DNA of 64,000 nt from Alphaproteobacteria bacterium (GTDB lineage: Bacteria; Pseudomonadota; Alphaproteobacteria; Bin95): the NCBI GenBank assembly GCA_964291285.2, contig OZ219788.1:32001-96000 (forward strand), given 5' to 3'. The notes beneath the pieces were generated by a model. That model had not been told where the DNA came from, ran no database searches, and was given only the letters and a program-made list of their open reading frames with translations. This document shows positions 39,673 through 52,246 of the stretch, one piece after another. Every line of letters starts with the position of its first letter. Position 1 is the stretch's first letter. The translations under genes and the position numbers were made by a program.

Positions 39673-40518
39673 TCAGAGGCGCGGCCCGAGGCTCTCCACC
39701 AGGGTGTCGAGCTCCTTCAGGCTCTCGGCTTCATCAACGGACGGCAGCATGAAGACCGCCCGCGCCACGCTCGCGGCCTCAGCCCTGTCGAGCAGCGATT
39801 CGTCGGGCGCCACGCCGAACAGCGTCACTGCGATATCATCCGGGTCGCGGCCCGCTTCGGCGGCCATCTGCCGGAAGCGGGGCAGGAGTTCCAACACGTC
39901 CTGGTTGCGGCCGCCTATCGGCATCCAGCCGTCGCCATAGGCGATCGCCCGGCGCGCACCCCAAGGAAAGGCTCCGCCAACGATCACCGGCGGATGCGGG
40001 CGCTGCACCGGCTTCGGCCATTGCGCCATGGAGTCGAAATCGACGAACTTGCCGTGGAACTCCGCCTTGGCCTCGGTCCAGATCGTCTTCATGGCCGCGA
40101 CGCGCTCTTCCATGAGTGTGAAGCGCGTCGCGAAATCGGTGCCGTGATCGGCCATCTCCTCCGCATTCCAGCCGCCGCCGATCCCGAACAGGAAACGACC
40201 GTCGGACAGGCGGTCGACCGTGGAGACTTCCTTGGCCGTATAGATCGGGTCCCGCTGAACGACGAGGCATATGCCGGTCCCGAGCCTGATGCGGGAGGTG
40301 ACGGCAGCCGCGCTGGCGAGCGCCAGGAAGGGGTCCATCACGTCGTAATACTGTTTCGGCAAGTCGGCGCCGCCCGGCCAGGGAGACTGGCGCGACCACG
40401 GAATATGCGAGTGCTCCGGAAGCCAGAAGGACTCGAAACCGCGCTCTTCGGCCGCGAGGGCAAGGGCAGCCGGCGCAATGGAATAGTCGGTCGGGAAATG
40501 GGCGATGCCGTAGTCCAT
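39673..40518 (-). CDS. Luciferase-like (LLM) flavin/F420-type oxidoreductase
   Basis: AEERGFESFWLPEHSHIP, DPFLALA, GGWNAEEM, PKPVQRPHPP. Confidence 0.88.
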   Translation of the reverse strand: MDYGIAHFPTDYSIAPAALALAAEERGFESFWLPEHSHIPWSRQSPWPGGADLPKQYYDVMDPFLALASAAAVTSRIRLGTGICLVVQRDPIYTAKEVSTVDRLSDGRFLFGIGGGWNAEEMADHGTDFATRFTLMEERVAAMKTIWTEAKAEFHGKFVDFDSMAQWPKPVQRPHPPVIVGGAFPWGARRAIAYGDGWMPIGGRNQDVLELLPRFRQMAAEAGRDPDDIAVTLFGVAPDESLLDRAEAASVARAVFMLPSVDEAESLKELDTLVESLGPRL

Positions 40519-40832
40519 GGGGTCCTCGTCCTTCTGCATTGGCGGAGAGCCAGGAAAGGCACCCTACCCCATTTCCGGCAGTTGCGAAGCGGCCGCTGCG
40601 AGCGCTTCCGGGTCGCCCTCCACCCGTACCGTCTTCTCGCGGCCCCGCTCCCCGCGAACAATGGCGACACGGCCTTTCGGGACGCCGAACGCCTTTGCGA
40701 GCAGGGCCTCGACTGCCTTGTTGGCCTCGCCCTCCGCCGGGCGCGCGGACACCCGAACCGCCAGTCGGACCCCGGAATCTACAAGGCTCCTGAAACCGGA
40801 ACGGCACGAGCCGGGCGACATACGCAGCCTGA

Positions 40833-41763
40833 GAGCCTGACTCGAAACTCGCTGAAGTTTTTCAAGGCCTTGCGAGTCGGCGTGTTGTGAGCCGGATATG
40901 GGCGATGTTGATCCATGCTTCGCTTGAGGCGATGGATTTTTCCCAGTCTTTTGCCAGCCTGCGGCAGCGCCCGAGCCATGCGAAGGTGCGTTCGACGACC
41001 CATCGTCCGGGGAGGACTTCGAAGCCGTTGGCGGTGTCGGAGCGTTTGACGATTTCGAGCGTCCACTTGCCGATCCTGTCGAGGGCGCCGCGCAGTTTCG
41101 GCCCGGCATATCCGCCATCGGCGAACAGATGACGCAGCCAGGGGCAGGCGTGGCGGATGGATTTCAGCACGGCCGGGGCGCCGTCGCGGTCCTGAACGTC
41201 GGCGGCATGTACGACGAGGCCGAAGAGCATGCCGATGGTGTCGACGACAGCGTGGCGCTTGCGCCCTTTGACCTTCTTGCCGGCGTCATAGCCGCTAACC
41301 CCGCCTGCCTCCGTGGTTTTCACCGTCTGGCTGTCGATCACGCCCGCGCTCGGCTGGGCCTCGCGCCCCTCGCGTTCGCGCGCCTGCACGGCCAGGTGGA
41401 ACCGGATCGTCTGCCACAGCCTGTTGTCGCGCCACTCGTAGAAATAGCGCTGCACCGTCGAGACCGGCGGAAAGTCCTTCGGCAGCTGGCGCCACTGACA
41501 ACCGGTCGTGGCCATATACAGCACCGCATTTACGACCTCGCGCAGATCGGTCTGGCGCGGGCGACCGATACGGCAGGGCAACGGCATGAAGGGCTCGATC
41601 AGAGACCACTCAGCGTCGGTCAGATCGCTTGCATATCGTGGGCAGTCCCGCCGATACTCCCGGCGAGCGGTTTCGGTCCAGGGCATTCGTGGCTCCGTTC
41701 AGATGCATAACCGAACTGAATCACAATCCCTTGAAACCGCTCAACTCTTTTTGGGTCAGGCTC
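40833..41763 (-). mobile_element. IS5-family (IS1031-like) element; transposase 40862-41686
   Basis: Ends GAGCCTGAC/GTCAGGCTC; TGA duplication; YASDLTDAEW, IDSQ, GRKRH, ADGGY, RWVVERTF. Confidence 0.95.
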
Positions 41764-41766
41764 TGA

Positions 41767-43584
41767 GCTCGACTTTGTGCATTATGCTGCGAAGCAGAGG
41801 GCGTACTGCATCCGCCTTATCTTGTCGGGCGGAATTATGTTTGGTTCCCGGTGTGGCGGGGAGCGCGATAAATTGTTTCCAAGCCAGAGTTGGCATCGTA
41901 TGGCCGCGATTGCATCGGAGAATGTGACGCTGGTTTTCTGGTACCAGGCGGCGGCGTAGGACAGGTGGTTTGTCGAGAGCACGTCTGTGGCCCAGAGGCA
42001 GACGAGGCTGTAGAGCCCGCAGAGGACGGGGGTGGTTCGTGCGATCGCCGCGTGTGACCACTGGCGTTGTGTTTCGAGCCCGAGATGGGCGCGCAGTTCC
42101 TGGAAGGTGACCTCGACCTGCCAGCGCCGCACGAAGGTGGCGATGATCTTGGCCGGCTCCATGTTGGTGTCGGTGCAGAAGAACGCCTGCGGGTCCCGCT
42201 CGCCTTCCGGGTCTCGCACCAGCACCCATCGGATGGCCTTGGGAGGTGTGCCGGGACGATACCAGAGCGCGGTATCGGAGATGATCTGGAGTGTCTTTTC
42301 CTTCGAACTTCCGTACCAGCGCGGAAGCGTGATGCTTGTCCAGCGGGCATCGGGGTCGTCAAGGCGGGTCTGGAGCTTGGGCAGGGGCGGCCCCTTTTGC
42401 CGGGGTCGACCGCGTTTGTTCGGGTCGCGCGGCGGCGGGGGCGCGAAGAGGTTGGCATCGAGCCTCAGCCTGCTGATGAGGGTTGCGCGCTGTCCGATGC
42501 GCCAGGCGAGTTCGTGGGTTCCGAAACTGCTGTCGGCGACGAAGACGATCGCGCGTTGCGGGACCCAGCGAAGGATTTGAAGCATGCCCTGTCGCGCCCA
42601 GTCGGTGAGTTGCTTGTGACGCCGGCCTTGCCTGGCGGCGAAGCGTTCGGACGGGGCCAGGATGGTCAGGAAGGGCAGGGCCCTGATGCCCGGCGACCAG
42701 GGCAGCGGGACAAGCAGCATGAAGCTGAGCCAGCGCAGCCCGCTGGTCTTGACGAAATGGCCATGGCTGGAACGCACCGGGTCGCGATAGATGCCGCGCG
42801 CCTTGATACGCGCGCCCCAGCGGCGCTCGATGGTGTCATCGAGCCCGATGATGATCGGTCCCTGCCCGGCAAGCCGCGCCACCAGCACGAGCACGAGCCG
42901 GCGTGAAAGGTCACGCGGGTCCCAGCGGGCGCGATTGAGAACCTGATGGTAGGACGAGAATGTCTCGCACATCGCCCGCCCGGTCACCCGCAGGCAGGCC
43001 GACACGGTTCTCTTGCCCGGCGCCAGCAACGCTCCCATGACCAGAACCGCCACCAGCCGCCAGGTCGGGGATGAGAAGGCGCCTCGAAAGGGCTCCAGCC
43101 AGTCGATCAGGAACGGCGGAACCGGATCGCCGATGGCGCTCGAAGGGTCGTCGAAATGTGTCATGACGACCTTCGAATCCAGAAGCATCCGGCATGCAAG
43201 GGCGCCCGCATGCGACCGGGTGAATCAGCATCGCTGCAGCGACAGAAGCCATCCAATCCGATATCACTGCTTCATGGCCGCATCCGACCCCTGTCTGGCG
43301 CGCATCGAAGCGTTCAACAAATCCAGGGGCGGGGGCGTGACGGTCACCAGGGTGCGCGGCGGCTACAATCTGTATCTCACGGCCACGCAGGCACCGATCG
43401 CAAGGCTCCAGCCGAAAGGCTCAGGTGACAAGATGAGGGTGCGCTACTGGTCCTGGCGCCAGTCCTGGCAGGACGTCGGAGACATGGGGGGCATCGTGCT
43501 CCCGCTCGAACAGGCCCTCGACGAAATCGCCAAAAACGAGATCTTCTGGACATGGACGTGAGGTAATTTTGTACAAAGTCGAGC
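41767..43584 (-). mobile_element. IS701-family element (1818 bp); transposase 41782-43188 plus passenger gene
   Basis: Terminal IR GCTCGACTTTGT/ACAAAGTCGAGC; TGA flanks; LDDT, VADSSF, RRWQVEVTFQE. Confidence 0.9.
43274..43561 (+). CDS. IS701 passenger protein (95 aa, DUF3024-like)
   Basis: PIARL..YWSWR..W..LEQALDEI..IFW; lies inside the IRs; present in both copies. Confidence 0.65.
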   Translation: MAASDPCLARIEAFNKSRGGGVTVTRVRGGYNLYLTATQAPIARLQPKGSGDKMRVRYWSWRQSWQDVGDMGGIVLPLEQALDEIAKNEIFWTWT

Positions 43585-44331
43585 TGAGGCGAATGCCGCC
43601 CTTCAGTACATCGATCCACATTGCCGCATCATCTACAAGGAATTGCCCTTGAACTGCCACGGAATCGGACCGACTCTTCCTTCATGCGGGCAATCGACGA
43701 GCCCGCGCGGGTGACCGCGCTACTCGGGCCGACCAATACCGGCAAAACGTATGCCGCCGTGCAACGCATGCTCGCGCACGAGTCCGGCATGATCGGTTTC
43801 CCGCTGCGTCTGCTCGCGCGGGAGAATTACGACCGCGTCGTTGCCGTCAAGGGCCCCGGCGCGGTGGCGCTGGTGACAGGCGAGGAAAAGCTGATCCCGC
43901 CCAGGGCGCGCTATTTCGTCTGCACCACCGAGTCCATGCCGCTCGACCGGCCCGTGGCCTTCCTCGCCGTGGACGAAGTGCAGATGGCGGCGGACCCCGA
44001 GCGCGGCCATATCGTCACCAATCGCCTGCTCCATGCGCGCGGCGGGCACGAGACGATGTTCCTCGGCGCGGAGACGATCCGGCCCCTGTTGCGCCAGCTG
44101 GCGCCCGAGGCGGTTGTCGAAGACCGGCCCCGCTTCTCGCGGCTCGACTATTCGGGCTACCGAAAGGTCACGCGCCTGCCGCCGCGCTCCGCCGTGGTCG
44201 CCTTCTCCGCTGGCGAGGTTTATCGCCTGGCGGAGCTCGTCCGCCGGCAGCGGGGCGGCACCGCCGTGGTGCTGGGCGCGCTCAGCCCGCGCGCGCGAAA
44301 CGCCCAGGTCGGAATGTACCAGGCGGGAGAG

Positions 44332-45471
<1,140 letters not shown>

Positions 45472-45473
45472 CT

Positions 45474-45505
<32 letters not shown>

Positions 45506-47272
45506 TGTGCGCCATGTCGCCTTCTCCGCGCTCAGCAAATTCGACGGACGGCGGATGCGCAGGCTGGCGGCGGCCGAGGTCGGCCAGATCGCCGGGCGTG
45601 CCGGACGTCATGTCGCCGATGGCACATTCGGCGTCACCGCTGAGCAGCATCCGATGGACGAGCGTATCGTCGCGCGGGTCGAGGACCATCGTTTCGAGCC
45701 CCTGCAAACCGTCTTCTGGCGCAATGACGATCTCGACTTTTCGAGCGTTGATGCGCTGCTGGCGAGCCTTGGCCGCCCGCCGCCCCTGCCCTTCCTGGTG
45801 CCGGGGCGGGACGGCGAGGACCAGCAGGCGCTCGCCGTACTGGCGCGCGACGCCGAAGTCAGGGCGGCGGCAGTCGGCCTCGAAAGGGTCGCCATGTTGT
45901 GGGAGGTCTGCCAGGTGCCGGACTTCCGCAAGACGCTGACCGACGCCCATGCTCATCTGCTCGCGCGCGTTTACCGTTATCTGGTCGACTGCAGCGGCCG
46001 GCTGCCGGACGACTGGGTGGCCCGGCAGGTCGGCCGGCTGGAGCGCACGGACGGCGACATCGACACGCTTATGGCGCGCATCGCAGGCGTGCGCACCTGG
46101 ACCTACATCGCCTATCGGGCTGCATGGCTCGACGATGCGACCGGCTGGCAGGAGCGCACCCGGCGGCTGGAAGACCTGCTGTCGGACGCATTGCACGAGC
46201 GGCTGACCCAGAGATTCGTGGACAGGCGCACTACCGTGCTGGCCAAACGCCTCAGGGAAGGCGGCGACCTTATGGGGGCCGTGGCGCGCGACGGGTCCGT
46301 ATTCCTCGAAGGCGAGACAGTCGGGCAGCTCGACGGCTTCCGCTACACCGCGGCCCAGGCCGAACGCGGCGGCCGGCCGCTCGCGCTGGCCACCCAGCGT
46401 GTGCTGAGACAGGAAGCGGCGCGGAGGGTGGATGCGCTGGCCGCGGCGTCCGACGACAGCTTCGCGCTGGACGCCGGAGGCCAGGTCCTCTGGAACGACG
46501 AACCGGTCGCCCGCCTGACGGCCGGCGCGACGGCCCTTTCGCCCGAAATGCGCATCCTGCCTTCGGACCTGCTGGAAACGGCGCCCCGGCGGCGCGTCGA
46601 AGTGCGCCTGCGGGAGTGGGGCTCCGGCCTGATTGCCCGCGACCTCGCTGCGCTCGTGACGCTTGCCGAAGCGAACGGCCTGTCCGGCCGCGCCCGCGGA
46701 ATTGCGTATCGGCTCGCCGAAGCGCTCGGAACGCTCAGGCGCAGCGCCGTCGCGGACCTTGCCGGCTCATTGTCGCGCGCGGACCGGCAGGCGCTGGGGC
46801 GGCTGGGTGTACGCATCGGCCGTGTCTCGCTTTTTGTCCCGGCTATGCAGAAAGCTCGTGCTGCCGGACTGCTGGACCTGCTCTGGCGTGTCCACCGGGG
46901 CAGCGGCGGCGAGCCTTTGGCCGCTGGTCGGCAGACGCTGGCGCTGGACCCGGCCATATCCGCTGATCGCTATGCCGCTTCCGGCTATCTTGTTGCAGGC
47001 CAGCTGGCGCTCCGGGCGCCTGCGCTGGAGCGGCTGGCGGATGCCGCCGCCGGCCTTGCAGAGCAGGGGCCGTTCGTGCCCACGCTGCATCTCGCCCGGC
47101 TGGCCGGCTGCCATCTCGACGATGTGTCGGCCGTGCTCACGGACATCGGCTATGAGGCAACCGACACCGCAACCGGCATGCAAATGACGCGCAGCCGCCC
47201 GAAGCCGCTCCGCCGGGCCCGCGCCAGGCCCGGTTCGCCCTTCGCTAAGCTCGCCGCGTTCAAGGCCGGATT

Positions 47273-47545
47273 GTGAACGATTCGCCGGCAGGCCAGAGGC
47301 TCGACCGGTGGCTATGGTGCGCGCGCTTCTTCAAGACGCGCGGGCTGGCCACGAAGCTCTGCCAGGCCGGGAGGGTGCGTGTGAACCGCCGACCGGTACA
47401 GAAGGCCCATCACATTCTCCGGGTGGGCGACATACTGACTTTTCCCCAGGCGGGCAGCATCCGGGTCGTGCGGGTCGAGGCGCTGGCAGAGCGGCGCGGG
47501 CCGGCACCCGAGGCGGCCCGTCTTTACGCCAACCTCGACGGTTGA
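47273..47545 (+). CDS. hslR: S4-domain ribosome-associated heat shock protein Hsp15
   Basis: [28 protein letters not shown]. Confidence 0.9.
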   Translation: MNDSPAGQRLDRWLWCARFFKTRGLATKLCQAGRVRVNRRPVQKAHHILRVGDILTFPQAGSIRVVRVEALAERRGPAPEAARLYANLDG

Positions 47546-47615
47546 CAGGCCCGGCCCGGCTGCTAAATGGCGCCTTCCACTGTGCCGCTCCGCGCGCAGC
47601 CCGGAGATATTGCCT

Positions 47616-47948
47616 ATGACCTATATCGTCAACGACGCCTGCATCCGGTGCAAATACACGGACTGCGTCGAAGTATGCCCGGTCGATTGCTTCTATGAAG
47701 GCGAGAACATGCTGGTCATACATCCCGACGAGTGCATCGATTGCGGCGTCTGCGAGCCTGAATGCCCGGTCGAGGCGATCAAGCCGGACACCGACCCCGG
47801 TATGGAGGAATGGGTCGAATTCAACCGGCGCTACTCCGAGAGCTGGCCGAACATCACCTACCGCAAGGACGCACCGCCTGACGCCGAGTCCTGGGAAGGC
47901 GTGGAGGGCAAGCTGGAAGCGCATTTCAGCCCCAATCCCGGCGGTTGA
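47616..47948 (+). CDS. fdxA: Ferredoxin
   Basis: [30 protein letters not shown]. Confidence 0.96.
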   Translation: MTYIVNDACIRCKYTDCVEVCPVDCFYEGENMLVIHPDECIDCGVCEPECPVEAIKPDTDPGMEEWVEFNRRYSESWPNITYRKDAPPDAESWEGVEGKLEAHFSPNPGG

Positions 47949-48247
47949 GGCCGTCGCGCACCAGCTCGTGCGCGAGGGATCCGGCGGCATCGCACGACAT
48001 GTCGGGTTCCTCCCGTTCATCTTCCCGCCTTTCGGGGCAAAGGCCGCCGCCAGCCGCTCCAATAACGGGGGAAGGCGCCGCAAGGGTCGCCATCCGGTTG
48101 AATTTATGCTAAAGTCGGGCGTGGGTTTTGGAGGAGACCCAGCCAGCCGCAGCAGATCGTCGGCGCATTCGCTCGCCGGAAACGGCACAGCGTGTTGCGC
48201 TCCCGGTTGGTGCATCATTACGGAGTTTTGGGGGCCAACAGGACAGG

Positions 48248-48745
48248 ATGACAAAACGCGCGAATTTCAAGGCAGGCAATCACGTGGTCTATCCGGCGCA
48301 TGGCGTCGGCAAGGTTCTGGCCGTGGAGGAACAGGCAATTTCCGGCTACGAACTGGAGATGCTGGTGATCGAGTTCGAAAAGGAAAAGATGCTCCTGCGC
48401 ATCCCGACGGCAAAGGTGCAGACAGCGGGCTTGAGGACACTATCCACAAAGAAGGAAATGCAGAACGCATTAAAAACCCTGAAGGGAAAGGTGCGTATCA
48501 AGCGAACGATGTGGAGCCGGCGGGCCCAGGAGTACGAAGCGAAGATCAACTCCGGCGATCCCAACCTTATCGCCGAGGTGGTGCGGGACCTGCATCGCAA
48601 TGCGGACCAGCCGGACCAGTCTTACAGCGAGCGCCAGATCTACCAGGCCGCGCTCGAACGACTCAGCCGGGAACTTGCGGTGGTGGAGAAAATCGACGAG
48701 GACAAAGCCGTCAAGAGAGTGGAAATGGTCTTGCAGGCCGCTTGA
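48248..48745 (+). CDS. carD: CarD-family transcription regulator
   Basis: VVYPAHGVG, WSRRAQEYEAKINSGD. Confidence 0.95.
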   Translation: MTKRANFKAGNHVVYPAHGVGKVLAVEEQAISGYELEMLVIEFEKEKMLLRIPTAKVQTAGLRTLSTKKEMQNALKTLKGKVRIKRTMWSRRAQEYEAKINSGDPNLIAEVVRDLHRNADQPDQSYSERQIYQAALERLSRELAVVEKIDEDKAVKRVEMVLQAA

Positions 48746-48920
48746 CCCGATAGCGACAACATATCGCATCGAAAGGCGGTCTGCTCGGGGATGGGCAGAC
48801 CGCCTTCGGCTTTTCGGGGAACGACCCGAACGACCGGTTGAATAACTCCGCGACGCTGCCCACCTCTTGAAGAGCGGTGCGCCCGTCCGGGAACCGGAAC
48901 ACGGCGCGGGAAGGAACGAG

Positions 48921-49805
48921 ATGAGCTACCTGGACCGGTCGGCCAACAGCAGGGGGGCGCTGAATTTCGTCCGCCATGCGATGAGTACGCCGTTGCTCAC
49001 TCGCGAGCGCGAACAGGAACTGGCGCTGCGCTGGCGCGACCTGAAGGACGAGACAGCCCTGCATGAACTGGTCAACGCCTATGCGCGCTTGGTTGCGGCC
49101 ACGGCCGCGAAATACCGCAATTACGGCTTGCCCATGGCGGACCTGATGCAGGAGGGCTCCGTCGGCCTTATGCAGGCGGCGGCCCGTTTCGAGCCGGAGC
49201 GGGAGGTTCGTTTCTCGACCTACGCCTCCTGGTGGATCCGCTCGGCAATGCAGGATTACGTCCTGCGCAACTGGTCCATCGTCCGTACAGGCTCCACCTC
49301 GTCCCAGAAGTCGCTGTTTTTCAACCTGCGCCGGCTGCGCGCCCGCATCGAGGGGCGCACGGGCAAGCCCCTCGACGACCGGGGACGGGAACGCATTGCC
49401 GCCGAACTCAAGGTCGCGACCAGTGATGTGGAGTCCATGGAGAGCCGGCTTACCGGAGCCGACCGCTCGCTCGATGCTCCCATCGGCGAGGACGGTGACG
49501 AGACCTGGGTGCACTTTCTGGCGGACCAGCGCCCGTCTCCCGAAGACAACGCCATGGAGCATCTCGACGGCGACGAGCGCGCGCGCTGGGTCAGGGAGGC
49601 ACTGGCTGAACTGCCGGCGCGCGAGGCAAAGATCATCCGCGAACGGCTGCTGGAAGACGATGCCCGCACGCTGGAATCGCTCGGACAGGAACTGGGCGTC
49701 AGCAAGGAGCGCGTCCGCCAACTGGAGGCCCGCGCGTTGGCGAAGCTGCGCCGCAGCCTGGAATCTCTCTGGCGCGCCGACGGCAACGCTCTGTCCGACG
49801 CATAG
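48921..49805 (+). CDS. rpoH: Sigma-32 family sigma factor (RpoH2-like)
   Basis: DLMQEG, RFSTYASWWIR, QKSLFFNLR RpoH box, SKERVRQLE. Confidence 0.9.
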   Translation: MSYLDRSANSRGALNFVRHAMSTPLLTREREQELALRWRDLKDETALHELVNAYARLVAATAAKYRNYGLPMADLMQEGSVGLMQAAARFEPEREVRFSTYASWWIRSAMQDYVLRNWSIVRTGSTSSQKSLFFNLRRLRARIEGRTGKPLDDRGRERIAAELKVATSDVESMESRLTGADRSLDAPIGEDGDETWVHFLADQRPSPEDNAMEHLDGDERARWVREALAELPAREAKIIRERLLEDDARTLESLGQELGVSKERVRQLEARALAKLRRSLESLWRADGNALSDA

Positions 49806-49910
49806 CCGCAATAGCTGCGCCGCGCCTGCACGCTACAATGGGACTCTGCGACGAGCCGGCAAAATGCCGGCCCGGGGGAGGCCCGCGCGCGGGAAGACGG
49901 CGACACCCAG

Positions 49911-50894
49911 ATGAAGCATTACACCGACCGCGTGCTCGTTACCGGAGGGGCGGGATTCATCGGCTCGCATCTCTGCGAACGCCTGATGGCCGACGGCGCC
50001 GATGTCATCTGCCTCGACAACCTGTTCACGGGGGCCAAGGCAAACGTCGCCCATCTTTTGGGTGAGCCGAATTTCGAATTCATTCGTCACGATGTAACGG
50101 AACCGCTGCGCCTGGAGGTGGACCGCATCTTCAACCTCGCCTGCCCGGCAAGCCCGGTGCATTACAAGCACGACCCCGTGCAGACCGTGAAGACCTCCGT
50201 ACATGGGGCGATCTATATGCTCGATCTCGCCAGGCGCTGCGGCGCGCGCATCCTCCAGGCCTCGACCAGCGAGGTGTACGGCGATCCGCTCTCCCACCCG
50301 CAGAAGGAAGACGACTGGGGCAATGTGAACCCCGTCGGCCCCCGCGCCTGCTACGACGAAGGCAAGCGCTGCGCCGAAACGCTGTTCTTCGATTACCACC
50401 GCCAACACGGCGTCGATATCCGGGTCGTTCGCATCTTCAATACCTACGGCCCCCGGATGCACCCCTCCGATGGGCGCGTTGCATCTAATTTCGTTGTCTA
50501 GGCCCTGCTCGGCCAACCCCTCACACTGGCCGGCAACGGCAGCCAGACCCGGTCCTTCTGCTACGTGGACGACCTTGTGGATGGCCTGCTGGCCTACATG
50601 GCGCTCGACGATGCGCCGCCTGGTCCCGTCAATCTCGGCAACCCTGACGAGACGACCATCGCAGCGCTCGCCGAGACGGTCGTGAAGCTCTGCGGAAGTG
50701 GGTCGCAGACCGTATTCGTGCCGCTGGAAAAGGACGACCCGTCCAGGCGCCGTCCCGACATATCGCGCGCGACCGACCTGCTCGGCTGGACGCCGGCCAC
50801 CGGGCTCGCAGACGGCCTCGGCGCGACGATCGACTGGTTCCGCGAACTCCTCCGCACCGTCCCGGAACACCGGATCGATGTCGCAGGACCGTGA
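49911..50894 (+). pseudogene. UDP-glucuronate decarboxylase (Uxs) with an in-frame TAG
   Basis: [22 protein letters not shown]; NFVV*ALLGQP..QTRSFCYVDD continues in frame past TAG at 50499-50501. Confidence 0.85.
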
Positions 50895-51846
50895 ACCGGT
50901 CTGGCCCGTCGTTACCCCGGTCTACGATGACGGCGATTCCTTTGCCTCGCTTTGCCGGGACCTCGCGCGCCTCGACGCCGGCGTGTCGCTAGAGGTCCTT
51001 GCGGTGGACGATGGAACGATCGGGGCGCCGCCGGCGGTCGATGCCATCCGGGATGCCGGGCTGGCCGGCCGGATCGTCCGCCTGAAGCGCAACAGCGGGC
51101 ACCAGACGGCGATCTGGGTCGGCCTCGCCGTGGCCGCGTCGGAGCCGCGCTATGCCGGCGCAATCGTCATGGACAGCGACGGCGAAGACCGGCCCGAGAA
51201 CGTGCCGCAACTGGTCGCCGCTATCGGGGCGGACTGCAACGCGGTCGTCGCGCAGCGGGGGCGGCGGACGGAGTCCCTGCCCTTCCGGGTCTTCTACCGG
51301 CTCTACCGGCGCTTCTTCCGCCTGTTGACGGGCCGGGAGATCCGGTTCGGCAATTTCTGCGCCCTCGACCGTCGCGCCCTGCTGCGCCTTACCGCCATGC
51401 AGGAGACGCGCATCCACCTCGCAGCGGCGCTCATCAAGTCCAGGCTGCGGCGCGTCGAAATCTCGTGCGACCGGGGCGCTCGATACGATGGCCGGTCGCG
51501 CATGAATTTCTACGACCTTGCGCTGCACGGCATCCGGGCGGTCGCGGTGTTCGACGACGCCGTGCTGACCAGAATGGGCGCGGTATGCGCCGGGGCGGCT
51601 ATATCCGGCGTTCTGGTCTTTCTGGTGGGTGTCGTCCTGAAGCTTTCCGGCCAGACGCCGCCCGGATGGCTCACCTTCGTGACGGGCTTCCTCGTCCTGG
51701 TCTTCCTCCAGACCGCGACCCTCAGCCTCGTCGCGCTCATCATGAACGCGCTCGGCTACCGCTCGCCGGCGGACCTCGACGCGGCCGCGGCATCGCTCAT
51801 CCTGGAGACCGAAACGACCGGGCTCGACAGTTCACGCGATGCGTGA
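50878..51846 (+). CDS. GT2 polyprenyl-phosphate glycosyltransferase
   Basis: VDDG, RNSGHQTAI, MDSDGED, two C-terminal TM helices. Confidence 0.88.
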   Translation: MSQDREPVWPVVTPVYDDGDSFASLCRDLARLDAGVSLEVLAVDDGTIGAPPAVDAIRDAGLAGRIVRLKRNSGHQTAIWVGLAVAASEPRYAGAIVMDSDGEDRPENVPQLVAAIGADCNAVVAQRGRRTESLPFRVFYRLYRRFFRLLTGREIRFGNFCALDRRALLRLTAMQETRIHLAAALIKSRLRRVEISCDRGARYDGRSRMNFYDLALHGIRAVAVFDDAVLTRMGAVCAGAAISGVLVFLVGVVLKLSGQTPPGWLTFVTGFLVLVFLQTATLSLVALIMNALGYRSPADLDAAAASLILETETTGLDSSRDA

Positions 51847-52246
51847 GGAAGCCGGCCGAATCGTTCGTTTCATTCTGAACGGGCTGTTCGCCACCGCCGT
51901 CCATTACGGCGTGCTTGCGGGCCTGATCGAGGGCGCTGGACTGGGCTCGGCAGCCGTCGCGAATGCGCTCGCAGCCGTCTGCGGCATCGCGGTTTCCTAT
52001 GCCGGCAACCGCGCATTCGTGCTGAGGAGCCGCGTGCCCCATCGCCGGGCGGGCACGCGCTTCCTCGCCTGCTACGCCGCCGTCGTCTCCCTGCATGGCG
52101 GCGCGATGGCGCTCTGGGCGGACATCGGCGGGCTCGACTACAGGATCGGCTTCCTGCTGTTCACGGGCCTTGCGGCCGTGCTCACCTATCTGCTGAACCG
52201 CTTCTTCGTCTTCAGCGAGCCCGAGGCGGGACTGCCGCCCACGTGA
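51839..52246 (+). CDS. GtrA-family flippase
   Basis: RFILNGLFAT..SYAGNRAFV..YLLNRFFVF. Confidence 0.88.
   Translation: MREEAGRIVRFILNGLFATAVHYGVLAGLIEGAGLGSAAVANALAAVCGIAVSYAGNRAFVLRSRVPHRRAGTRFLACYAAVVSLHGGAMALWADIGGLDYRIGFLLFTGLAAVLTYLLNRFFVFSEPEAGLPPT

Larger units (their letters stand above)
40564..43632 (-). pseudogene. yggU: DUF167/YggU gene split by stacked IS5 and IS701
   Basis: Removing 40833-43587 rejoins MWIDVLKGGIRL|RLRMSPG..VRVSARPAEGEANKAV..REKTV in frame; start approximate. Confidence 0.85.
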
